Assembly: GCA_965262725.1 (NCBI GenBank)
Contig: OZ253555.1
Location: 2,720,001 to 2,784,000 of the forward strand
DNA from: Dehalococcoidia bacterium
GTDB taxonomy: Bacteria > Chloroflexota > Dehalococcoidia > UBA2979
Direction of reading: 5' to 3'
DNA length: 64,000 bases
The position numbers and the translations under genes were made by a program. Shown here piece after piece: positions 9,972 to 20,453 of the stretch (position 1 is its first letter; each line of letters opens with the position of its first letter). Below the pieces are notes generated by a model. That model saw only the letters and a program-made list of their open reading frames with translations, made no database searches and was not told the DNA's origin.

Positions 9972-11818
9972 CGCCCGGCGGAGGCGCCGGCGTTCGCCGC
10001 TCTGAGCGCCTCGGCGACTCCGGTCCACAGCTCGCGGTGGAGCTCCACGTTGCGATCGCGATCCGTGCGGAGCTCGAGCACGGTGAGACCGGGCGATCCG
10101 ACCGCGGCGGCGATGGCATCCCGCATCTCGCGAGCATGAGCTGGCAGCAGCGAGTGGCGACCCCCGAAGAGCGCGGCGGCGGCGGCCGCGTCGAGCCCGG
10201 CCGGCGTGCCGAACCAGGGCTCGAAGAGCCCGGGAAGGGCCTCCCGCTGGGGCAGGAAGTGGAAGATGCCGCCGCCGTCGTTGTGAACGAGCACGACGGC
10301 AAGCGAGAGGTGGTGACGTGCGACCACCCAGAGGCCGGTGAGGTCGTGGAGGAAGGAGAGGTCGCCGACGAGCAGGCCGACGGGGCCGGCTCGCTGCTCG
10401 GCGGCCACGAGCGCCGCGCCCGCCGCCGTGGAGGCGACCCCGTCGATCCCCGACGCCCCTCGGGTCCCCACGATCCGGAGCCGCCGCCCGACCGCGGGCA
10501 CGAAGCCGTCGACGTCTCGCACGGGCATGCTGTTACCGCAGACCAGCGTTCCGCCGTCGGGGAGTGCCTCAGCGAGGGCCCGCGCCGCCCAGCCCTCGAA
10601 CGGCTCGCCGCGGGCATCGATCTCCGCGAGGCCCCGATCGAGGGCCGCGCACGCGATCGCGTCGGCCTCGCGCCAGCCCGAGAGCCAGTCCGGCGCGGGA
10701 GGCGGCACGCCCTCGACGGCGTCGGCGAGCGCGGAGGCGAAGACCTCGGGCTCCGCGCGCAGCATCACCGCCGAGGCCGACGGGTCGCGCCACGCACCGC
10801 CCTCGTCGACCACATACTCGCGAAGCGAGCCCGCTCCATGCAGGCCCTCAAGCCAGGTCACGAGCGGCCTCGACGTCGGCTGCGCACCGAAGCGGATCAC
10901 AATCTCGGGAGCGAGCCTCTCGGCGGCGGACGGCTCGCGCAGGATCGCGTCGTAGCTCGCGATCACGCCCTCCGCCGCCGTGGCCACGCGGAGCCCGGAG
11001 AGCGGATCGGCGAGGATCGGCCAGCCGAGGGCGGCGCCGAGCCGCACCACGGCGTCGACCGGGAGCCCCGGCGACTCCGGTCCACAGACGAGCAATCCCC
11101 GGTGCCCCGCGCTCACCGCTCCGAGCGCCCGCACCTCCCCCGCCGGGGGAGAGAGCGGCGCGATGCGCGACGGCGGGAGAAGCGGCAACGACTCCGCCGC
11201 GGCGGCCGCACGGCGCGGCGGATCCCCAGGGGCGGCGACCAGCGGCTCGCGGAAGGGGAGGTTCAGGTGCACGCAGCCGGCCGGGGGCCCGGCCGCCGCC
11301 TGAACGGCGCGCGCGCCGAGCTGGCGCGCATGCGCGAGCAGTGCCGCCGGCGCCTCGCCCTCGGCGGGGGCACACGGCGCCTCGGCCGACCAGCGCGCGT
11401 GCGAGCCGAAGAGCCGCAGCTGGTCGATCGCCTGCGGCGCGCCCACGTCGTGTAGCTCCGGCGGCCGGTCCGCAGTCAGAATCAGGAGCGGGACGCGAGA
11501 GAGCGAGGCCTCGACAGCGGCCGGAAGCAGGTTCGCCGCAGCCGTCCCCGAGGTGCAGACCACGGCGACCGGGCGGCCGCTCTGCCTCGCGATCCCGAGG
11601 GCAAAGTACCCCGCCGCTCGCTCGTCGACGTGGAGCAGCGGTCGAATCCCCGGCTCGCCCGCGACGGCGAGCACCAGCGGCGTGGAGCGCGACCCCGGGC
11701 AGATCACGACGTGCCGCACACCGGCCGCTGCCATCTGCCGCACGAGCACGCGTGCAAGGGCGCCGCCGGGCGTCGCGGCTGCGGGCAAGGGCGGCGACGT
11801 GCCGCGGCTCTCGGACAC
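9968..11818 (-). CDS. menD: SEPHCHC synthase (ThDP-dependent)
   Basis: 'CPGSRSTPL', 'DERAAGYFALG', 'CTSGTAAAN', 'NSMPVRD', 'RGASGIDG', 'GDLSFLHD', 'NDGGGIF'. Confidence 0.96.
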   Translation of the reverse strand: MSESRGTSPPLPAAATPGGALARVLVRQMAAAGVRHVVICPGSRSTPLVLAVAGEPGIRPLLHVDERAAGYFALGIARQSGRPVAVVCTSGTAAANLLPAAVEASLSRVPLLILTADRPPELHDVGAPQAIDQLRLFGSHARWSAEAPCAPAEGEAPAALLAHARQLGARAVQAAAGPPAGCVHLNLPFREPLVAAPGDPPRRAAAAAESLPLLPPSRIAPLSPPAGEVRALGAVSAGHRGLLVCGPESPGLPVDAVVRLGAALGWPILADPLSGLRVATAAEGVIASYDAILREPSAAERLAPEIVIRFGAQPTSRPLVTWLEGLHGAGSLREYVVDEGGAWRDPSASAVMLRAEPEVFASALADAVEGVPPPAPDWLSGWREADAIACAALDRGLAEIDARGEPFEGWAARALAEALPDGGTLVCGNSMPVRDVDGFVPAVGRRLRIVGTRGASGIDGVASTAAGAALVAAEQRAGPVGLLVGDLSFLHDLTGLWVVARHHLSLAVVLVHNDGGGIFHFLPQREALPGLFEPWFGTPAGLDAAAAAALFGGRHSLLPAHAREMRDAIAAAVGSPGLTVLELRTDRDRNVELHRELWTGVAEALRAANAGASAGR

Positions 11819-11866
11819 GTGTACCTCCAGGCCGGAGCGAGCCGCGCGGTGGGCGCGCGACAGGGG

Positions 11867-13288
11867 CTAGGCTCCGGCGGCTCCGTCGACGGGCGCGAGC
11901 CCCAGCGCCTCCGCGAGCGGGCGGAACTTGAGCTCGACCTCAGCGAGCTCGTCGGCGGGCTCCGAGTCGCCCATGATACCGGCGCCGGCGAAGAGCCACG
12001 CGCGTTCCCGTCTAACGAGCGCGGAGCGCAGCGCGACGGCAAACTCGCCGTCGCCGGCGGCGTCCAGCCAGCCGACGGGCCCGCCGTACCAGCCGCGGTC
12101 GAACCGCTCGTGCTCCGCGATCACGTGCAGCGCCCGCTCCGTGGGCCAGCCGCCCACGGCCGGCGTCGGGTGGAGCCTCTCGATGAGATCCAGCACATCG
12201 ACGCCGGGCGAGACCTCCCCCCGCACCTCCGTCGCCAGATGCTGGATGTTGCGCAGGCGCAACAGCCCGGGCTGGTTCGGCGCACGCAGCCAGCGGCTCG
12301 CCGGCAGCAGTGCCTCGCGGATCGCCCGCACCACGATCTCGTGCTCGATGCGATCCTTCGCGCTCGCCTGCAGCTCGCGGCCGAGACGCTCGTCCTCCTC
12401 CGCATCCGCACCGCGCTGCGTCGACCCCGCGAGCCCGAGCGCGCACATGGTCCCGCGCCGGAGGCTCACGAGGAGCTCGGGGCTCGCCCCCAGGAAGGTC
12501 GCGTCGCCACGGGACACGCTGAAGAGGTGACAGTCGGGGTAGCCGCCGCGGAGGCGACGGAGCGCGCGTCCCCGATCTATCGGCCCCCCGGAGGCGAGTT
12601 CGCGGCAGGTGGCGAGCACGGCCTTCTCGTAGAGGCCGGCACGCACCTCGGAGGCGATGCGGTCGACGTTCGCGCGCCAGCGCTCCGCATCGACCTCGCA
12701 CGCGACGCGGGCGCCGCCTGCGGCCTCGGGCGCTCCGGATCCGTCCGGGGACACATCGTCACCTCGGGCGAGAACCTCCAGCAGCTCGGCGAGCCGATCC
12801 GCTGTGACACCGGGCGAGAGCACGACGCCGCTCTCGCCGCCGTCGCGCACGAAGAGCATCTCGGGGAGGACGAGGGCCCCCCGGCCAAAGCCGTCCCACG
12901 GCACGAGCGGAGACTCGTTCACCGATCCCGCCGCGCCCGGGAGATCGAGGGATGTCGCCCCGAAGGAGAATCCTCCGAGCAGCCGGGGGCGCAGGACCTC
13001 GGCCTCCGCGTCGGCGGGCGCACGCAGGAGCTCCGCGGCGCCGGCCCGCAGCGCGGCCGCGCTCCCGCCGGGCGGGAGCTCCACGCGTCCGGCCTCGCCG
13101 ATCGCGATGAGCGAGAAACCTCTGTCGGACCGCTCGTAGGAGGAGGTCACGCCCCAGCGCTGCACGTCATTCAGAAGGCGGTCGAAGTCGATCTCAGGCG
13201 GCACGCGCAGCCCGCGGAACCCCGTCTCGGAACGCGCGGCTGCGCGACGCGTCACTTCCCTCAGGCCGGAACCGGAGGTGACCATCAC
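11867..13288 (-). CDS. menF: Isochorismate synthase
   Basis: 'EKAVLA', 'FLGASPELLV', 'LAGS', 'KDRIEH', 'LHPTPAVGG', 'RGWYGGPVGW', 'FAGAGI'. Confidence 0.92.
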   Translation of the reverse strand: MMVTSGSGLREVTRRAAARSETGFRGLRVPPEIDFDRLLNDVQRWGVTSSYERSDRGFSLIAIGEAGRVELPPGGSAAALRAGAAELLRAPADAEAEVLRPRLLGGFSFGATSLDLPGAAGSVNESPLVPWDGFGRGALVLPEMLFVRDGGESGVVLSPGVTADRLAELLEVLARGDDVSPDGSGAPEAAGGARVACEVDAERWRANVDRIASEVRAGLYEKAVLATCRELASGGPIDRGRALRRLRGGYPDCHLFSVSRGDATFLGASPELLVSLRRGTMCALGLAGSTQRGADAEEDERLGRELQASAKDRIEHEIVVRAIREALLPASRWLRAPNQPGLLRLRNIQHLATEVRGEVSPGVDVLDLIERLHPTPAVGGWPTERALHVIAEHERFDRGWYGGPVGWLDAAGDGEFAVALRSALVRRERAWLFAGAGIMGDSEPADELAEVELKFRPLAEALGLAPVDGAAGA

Positions 13289-13426
13289 GGGCGCCGCCGT
13301 CCCCGTGACGGGGGGCCCACCCGGGCAGTCGACCCAGCGTTGCGCGCTCGGATCACCCCGTAGCTCCCTCGCCAGCGGCGCGCGCCGTCACCCGCGCGCG
13401 GTGGAGAGGCCCCGCGGGCCCCGCTC

Positions 13427-13448
13427 AGTGTAGGAGCGCACAATTCTA
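13427..13448 (-). promoter_or_regulatory. Candidate -10 elements (TAGAAT, TACACT) for the men operon
   Basis: Minus-strand TAGAAT (13448-13443) and TACACT (13432-13427) in the intergenic region upstream of menF; no clear -35. Confidence 0.35.
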
Positions 13449-13720
13449 GGCGCCCGTCAGTGCGAGCCTCGAGTCCGAGCCACATCAGGTAGCCGGCAGC
13501 GCGCCCGTCGCGGACCGCACGCTTCCGGGTGCGCAGCAGCAACACGCCCGTCCCATGGTCCGCGTGTTCCAGTGGCCGCGCCCGCTCCTACGCTCTGGGC
13601 GCCAAGCAGGCGATCGGGGCTCTCATGGGAGCATTGAGCACCGCGGCGGAGGCGGGTGCGCCCACCCTCCCGATGTGGTAGTCATCCATGGCGGGTCGCG
13701 AGGCGATCGGGGAGGGCGAG

Positions 13721-13888
13721 ATGGGCTTCCACAAGATCGGGGAGAGCGGGGTCGAGGGTAAGTGCTCGCTCTGCGGCACCTACGTCATCAAGGGCGGCGT
13801 CCCCTTCGGCACCAAGTCCGTGCTCTGCGGCGAGTGCGGCGAGCGGCGGGACCGGATCGCTTACCACGAGACTGCGGGACGGCGCTAG
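13721..13888 (+). CDS. Small zinc-ribbon protein (55 aa)
   Basis: SD GGAGG before ATG; CSLC-x17-CGEC; GC-rich third codon positions. Confidence 0.7.
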   Translation: MGFHKIGESGVEGKCSLCGTYVIKGGVPFGTKSVLCGECGERRDRIAYHETAGRR

Positions 13889-14026
13889 GGTTACCTCACC
13901 CCGGTGCGTCGTTTCACTCGCGAGTGGGGCCGGCGCCGTCCGCAGGCCATCGCCGCCGCGCGTGGCGCGACGGCACCGTGCATCCCGGTCCCCGGGGTAG
14001 CGAGGCGCGGCGCGAACCCGCAGCAC

Positions 14027-14302
14027 GTGATCTATGGCGGTCTTCCCGACGATCCGTCACGGGCATGGATCTCCCTGTTGCTCGTCGACGAGAAGCATCA
14101 GGGCCACGGCTACAGGCGAGCGGCCGTCTCGGCCGTCATCCGCGAACAGCACCGGCGGATGCCGCCATCACGCGAGCTGGGCCTGTCGTATAGGCCGGGC
14201 AACCGCCCGGCGGAGAACCTGTATGCGTCCCTGGGCTTTCGGGCGACCGGAGTCGATGACCGGGGCAACGTCGTCGCGTGGCTCACGCTCGCTCAGGACT
14301 AG
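14027..14302 (+). pseudogene. 5'-truncated GNAT acetyltransferase
   Basis: Motif A 'LLVDEKHQGHGY' and 'LSYRPGNRPAENLYASLGF' present, but no recognisable N-terminal half. Confidence 0.55.
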
Positions 14303-14366
14303 ACCGTCCGAGCCAGGCCCCGGTTCGGGCGCGATCCGGCGATCGCCGCCCACAGCCAGTGCCACA

Positions 14367-14372
14367 TATACT
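14367..14372 (+). promoter_or_regulatory. -10 element of acsA
   Basis: TATACT about 20 nt upstream of ATG 14393, followed by SD GGAGGT. Confidence 0.5.
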
Positions 14373-14392
14373 CGGCTCCGCGACGGAGGTGC

Positions 14393-16144
<1,752 letters not shown>

Positions 16145-16212
16145 CGTCCCGATCGCAAGCCGCCTGCCCGGCCCTGCGCGCGAGCCCCGGGCCTGACGGA
16201 GGAGGCGAGTCG

Positions 16213-17370
16213 ATGTCGACCACGGAGCCGGGGGCCGAGGCGCGCCCGGAGATCCACCGCGGCCTGAACGGCGTCTATTTCGACCGCTCACAGGTCTGCT
16301 CCATCGACGGGCGAGCCGGCACGCTGCACTACCGCGGCTACTCGATCCACGAGCTCGCCGAGCGCTCGACGTTCGAGGAAACGGCGTACCTGCTGCTGTG
16401 CGGAGAGATGCCGACCCGGGACGAACTCGACGGGTTCGAGTCGGAGCTGCGGGCCGCGCGGACGGTGCCGGATCCGGTGCTCGAAATCCCGCGGGCGATG
16501 GAGCACGCCCACCCGATGGACGTACTCCGTACCGCGGTCTCGGCGATCGCCGCCTTTGATCCGGAGCGAAACGACGTATCGCCCGAGGCAGTCGCGCGTA
16601 AGGGCGCGCGCGTCACCTCGCAGGCGGCCACGCTCGTCGCCGCGCACCACGCCATCCGCGAGGGGCGGGATCCGATCGCGCCCTCGGAGTCGCTCTCGCA
16701 TGCCGCGAACTTCCTCTACATGATGACGGGCGAGGAACCGGCCCCGGAGACGGCCCGCCTCATGGACGTCGACTTCGTCCTCCACGCCGAGCACAGCTCG
16801 AACGCCTCCTCGTTCGCGGCGCGCGTCGTCGCCTCGACCGGCGCCGACGTGCACTCCGCGATCGTCTCGGGCATCGCGGCGCTTTCGGGCCCCGCGCACG
16901 GCGGCGCCGCCGAGAACGTGATGCAGATGGCGCGCGAGATCGGCGACCCGGCGAACGCCGCCCAGTATGTGAAGGCGAAGCGGAGCCGCCGCGAGCCGGT
17001 GATGGGATTCGGCCACCGCGTCTACCGCACGGAGGACCCGAGGGCACGCCACCTGCGCGACGGCGTTCGGCGCCTCTCCGCCGAGCGCGGTGAGCCGACC
17101 TGGTTCGCGATTCTCGAGGCCGTGGAGGAGGCGATGCGCCCGTACGCCCGGCTCGGCGTGGCGCCCAACGTCGACTTCTACGCCGGCGTCATCTACCACT
17201 TGCTCGGCATCCCGCAGGAGTTCTTCGTGCCGATCTTCGCGCTCGGGCGCGTCCCCGGATGGACAGTGCAGGTGCTGGAGCAGATCGAAAACAACATCCT
17301 CATCCGCCCGCTGCTCGACTACACGGGCCCCGCCGCTCGTCCCTACATCCCCATCGAGAAGCGCGGATAG
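16213..17370 (+). CDS. Citrate/2-methylcitrate synthase
   Basis: 'HAEHSSNAS', 'GPAHGGAAE', 'MGFGHRVY..EDPRA', 'PNVDFY'. Confidence 0.93.
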   Translation: MSTTEPGAEARPEIHRGLNGVYFDRSQVCSIDGRAGTLHYRGYSIHELAERSTFEETAYLLLCGEMPTRDELDGFESELRAARTVPDPVLEIPRAMEHAHPMDVLRTAVSAIAAFDPERNDVSPEAVARKGARVTSQAATLVAAHHAIREGRDPIAPSESLSHAANFLYMMTGEEPAPETARLMDVDFVLHAEHSSNASSFAARVVASTGADVHSAIVSGIAALSGPAHGGAAENVMQMAREIGDPANAAQYVKAKRSRREPVMGFGHRVYRTEDPRARHLRDGVRRLSAERGEPTWFAILEAVEEAMRPYARLGVAPNVDFYAGVIYHLLGIPQEFFVPIFALGRVPGWTVQVLEQIENNILIRPLLDYTGPAARPYIPIEKRG

Positions 17371-17373
17371 CTC

Positions 17374-17991
17374 GTGCCGATGCTCCCTGCCTTTCGCAAG
17401 GAGGCCGCCCGTCGCGGCCTCCTGCCTCCCGAAGCGCCGCTCGACGCGGGGGCGGCGTTCGCCCTCGTCCGGGAGATGCCGTGGGCGGCCTCGGCCGACG
17501 CGATCCCGGAGGCAATACTCGCCGCGTGGCGGGGCGACGACGCATCGAAGCACTACCTGCTGCGGGCGCTCCTCTACGAGCTGGGACACCGCTCCATCCT
17601 CCTGGCCTGTACCCACGCCTGGAGCGTGGCGAGCGCGCCGTGGGCGCGCCAGGAGCCGCGCGCGATCCTCGACGGGGGGCCCGTCCCCGACGTGCACACA
17701 TTCCTGCGCGTCGAGAGCGACGAGGGCTGGGGGAGCGTCGACGCCACCTGGCCGCTCGGGTCCTCGGCGCTCGGCCTTCCCGCCAACGAGCGCTTCGTCC
17801 CGGGTCGCGAGATGCGCATCGCCTGCGACCCGGAGGAGCTCTACCACGTGCCCGCGGAGGCCGATCCGGAGGACTTCCGCCGCCGCCTGCTCGACGCGCA
17901 CTCCGACGAGGCCGGAGCCGGGGCGCGCGAGCGCCGCCGCGCCTTCCGCGCCGCCCTCGAGCTCTGGCTCGCCGCCCCGCGCTCTCCCTAG
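17374..17991 (+). CDS. Transglutaminase-like protein with Asp at the presumed catalytic Cys position
   Basis: 'LVREMPW...WRGDDASKHYLL...DVHTFL...VDATWP'. Confidence 0.65.
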   Translation: MPMLPAFRKEAARRGLLPPEAPLDAGAAFALVREMPWAASADAIPEAILAAWRGDDASKHYLLRALLYELGHRSILLACTHAWSVASAPWARQEPRAILDGGPVPDVHTFLRVESDEGWGSVDATWPLGSSALGLPANERFVPGREMRIACDPEELYHVPAEADPEDFRRRLLDAHSDEAGAGARERRRAFRAALELWLAAPRSP

Positions 17992-18086
17992 CCCGGCCCG
18001 TTCCATCTGCGCCGCGCCCCTGCGGCGGCACGGAGTGCGCACGGTGGCGGTTGGGGGACACGAGGACGCTGCGCTACGATACCGTC

Positions 18087-18380
18087 GTGCGCAGGCAGTC
18101 CCTCCGGGAATCGCTCGTCCTCTCTCTGCTCCTCACCGCCGGGTGGGGGATCATGCTGCAGTTCACGCAGGACGAAGTCGATGCCCGGAGCCTCGGCGGC
18201 ACGCTGCTCTTCTTCTTCGTCATCATCCTCGGGACGATGCGGATCGCGAACCTCGTGCTGACGCGGTTCTTCCCCCCGAAGAAGCCCCCTCCCGCACCCC
18301 CGCCGACACCGCCGAGCAGCGAGCGGCGCGAGCACGTGACACGCCGCCGCGGCCGGCGTCGCCGGCGCCCACGCGGCTAG
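18087..18380 (+). CDS. Small two-TM membrane protein with Pro/Arg-rich tail
   Basis: GTG 6 nt after a TACGAT -10 box; two hydrophobic helices, then 'PPKKPPPAPPPTPP...RRRGRRRRRPRG'. Confidence 0.7.
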   Translation: MRRQSLRESLVLSLLLTAGWGIMLQFTQDEVDARSLGGTLLFFFVIILGTMRIANLVLTRFFPPKKPPPAPPPTPPSSERREHVTRRRGRRRRRPRG

Positions 18381-18389
18381 CGCGCCGAG

Positions 18390-19292
18390 GTGCTCTCGGT
18401 CTTCGTTGAGGTCATCCTGCCGGTCGTCGTCATGGCGACCGTCGGTGGACTCATCGGGCGCTGGCGCCGGGTGGTCGCGGAGCCGATCTCCACGCTCGTC
18501 TTCTACGTTCTCAGCCCGGCGCTCATCTTCCGCTCGATGGCCGAGACCGAGCTCGACCCCGGCCTCTCGGTGCGCATCGTGGCGGCGGCGTGGCTGCTCT
18601 TCTTCGCGGCCTGGGCCGTCTCCGCGCTGTGGTCGTCGCTCATGCGGCACGACGCCCCTCAGCGCGCCGCCTTCGCGCTGAGCGTCACGGCGCTCAACGC
18701 CGGGAATATGGGGCTTCCGATCGCGCTGCTCGCGTTCGGCGACGAGGGCCTTGCCGTCGCCGTGCTCTTCCTCGTGGCAAACGCGGCGCTCAACTCCACC
18801 GCCAACGTCTTCATCGCCTCCCTCGCCGGCGCCGATACGCGCAACGCGCTGACCGCCCCGCTTCGCTACCCGATGCTCTACGCCACGGCAGCGGGCCTGC
18901 TCGTGAACATGACCGACACCCATCTCCCCACCGCCCTCGACACGCCGATCGACGCCTTCGCCGACGCTGCGATCCCGACGATGCTCGTCGTGCTCGGCCT
19001 GCAGTTGCTGCGGGGTATCGAGCGAGCGGCTGTGCGCGACGTGGCCGCCTCGGCGGCACTGCGACTCGCCGGCGGTCCGCTGCTGATGTGGGGCGTCACC
19101 CTTCTCCTCGGCGTCGGCGGGCTCACCCAGCAGACGCTGATCGTCCTTGCCGCGATGCCCACCGCCGTCTTCACGACGATCCTCGCGACCGAGTTCGCAG
19201 CCCGGCCGCGCTTCGTGACGCTCGCCGTCGTGGCGTCGACCTTCGCGTCGGTCGGCTCCCTGACGGTCCTGATCGCCGCGATCCAGGGCTGA
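18390..19292 (+). CDS. AEC (auxin efflux carrier) family transporter
   Basis: 'YVLSPALIF', 'NAGNMGLPI', 'AAIPTMLVVLG', 'AMPTAV'; about 10 TM segments. Confidence 0.9.
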   Translation: MLSVFVEVILPVVVMATVGGLIGRWRRVVAEPISTLVFYVLSPALIFRSMAETELDPGLSVRIVAAAWLLFFAAWAVSALWSSLMRHDAPQRAAFALSVTALNAGNMGLPIALLAFGDEGLAVAVLFLVANAALNSTANVFIASLAGADTRNALTAPLRYPMLYATAAGLLVNMTDTHLPTALDTPIDAFADAAIPTMLVVLGLQLLRGIERAAVRDVAASAALRLAGGPLLMWGVTLLLGVGGLTQQTLIVLAAMPTAVFTTILATEFAARPRFVTLAVVASTFASVGSLTVLIAAIQG

Positions 19293-19333
19293 CGTCGCGC
19301 CTCCTCGGGGCGGGAGCACTCGTGCCGGAGGAG

Positions 19334-20446
19334 TCAACCGCAGGCCTCGATGGCGGCCTCCGCCACCTCCTCGATGCGGGTTTGCACGACCAGGGGATCG
19401 TGCAGCCCGTTCGTGACGTATGCGACCGCGAGGCCCAGGGACGGGTCGGCGTAGCCTATCGCGCACTGCTGACCCGGGTGGCCAAAGACGCCCTCGCGGT
19501 CAAAGGGCGCGAATGCGCCGCCGACGACCGGTCCCCACCCGTACGAGCCCGGAAGGCCCGTGGTGCGGTCGAGGGGGGTGCGGTGCTGGACGCGCGTCGC
19601 CTCGGCCACCGTCTCCTCCGCGAGCAGGCGCACTCGCCCGAGCGCGCCGCCGCGCTCCAGCATCGCGTAGAAGCGGGCGAGCGCCTCGGCCGTGCCGATA
19701 CCGTTCGCGGCCGGAATCTGGGCGCGGAGCGTCTGGGCCATGCGGAAGCGGCGCACCACGTTGCTCGTGCGCGCCTCGGTTCCCTGCGGATCCTGCCACG
19801 TGACCTCCGAGAGGGCCTCGGGGGGAACGACCGATCCGAGGTCCGGCTCCGCGACGCCAAGCGAGGCGTCCATGGCGAGCGGGAGGAAGATCTCTTCGCG
19901 CAAGAAGTCGCGCGGCATGCGGCCGTCGACCCGGCGGATCACCTCGCCGAGCGCGAAGCCGAAGGTGACTGGGTGGTAGCCCGTCGCCGTGCCGGGCCTC
20001 CATGCGGCCGGAATCGCGGCCGTCTCGGAGGCGCAGTACTCCCAGTCGTCGACCAGATCCCAGTCGAAGCCCGTCCGGAGCGCGGGGAAGCCTCCGCGGT
20101 GGGTGAGCACGTGGCGCAGCGTGCACGCCTCCTTCCCGCCCTGGGCGAACTCCGGCCACAGCTCAGCGAGCGGGTCGTCGAGCGAGAGCCGGCCGTCCTC
20201 GACGAGCATCAGCGCGGCGACGGCCACGACCGGCTTGGTCGCGGAAAACCAGATCATCCGCTCCTCCGCCCCGGCGCCACCGCCGAGGCGGAGGTCGAGT
20301 GCGAGCTCCCCGTCGCGGTAGACGGCGAGCTGCGCCGCCGAGTGGTAGCCGCGACCGAGATGCTCCCCGCAGACCTCTGCGAGCCGCGCCCGGCCCGCCT
20401 TAGAGAGGCCGCGCGGAGCGGAGCCGGCGGGAGCGGCGGTGCTCAC
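19334..20446 (-). CDS. Serine hydrolase (beta-lactamase-like esterase)
   Basis: SxxK in 'WFSATKP', 'LTHRGG', 'GYHPVTFG', 'FGHPG'. Confidence 0.9.
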   Translation of the reverse strand: MSTAAPAGSAPRGLSKAGRARLAEVCGEHLGRGYHSAAQLAVYRDGELALDLRLGGGAGAEERMIWFSATKPVVAVAALMLVEDGRLSLDDPLAELWPEFAQGGKEACTLRHVLTHRGGFPALRTGFDWDLVDDWEYCASETAAIPAAWRPGTATGYHPVTFGFALGEVIRRVDGRMPRDFLREEIFLPLAMDASLGVAEPDLGSVVPPEALSEVTWQDPQGTEARTSNVVRRFRMAQTLRAQIPAANGIGTAEALARFYAMLERGGALGRVRLLAEETVAEATRVQHRTPLDRTTGLPGSYGWGPVVGGAFAPFDREGVFGHPGQQCAIGYADPSLGLAVAYVTNGLHDPLVVQTRIEEVAEAAIEACG

Positions 20447-20453
20447 CGGCGGC

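Noticed and set aside
13285-13545. 86-aa ORF overlapping the menF start
   Set aside because: No recognisable motif or SD, and it overlaps the candidate promoter elements
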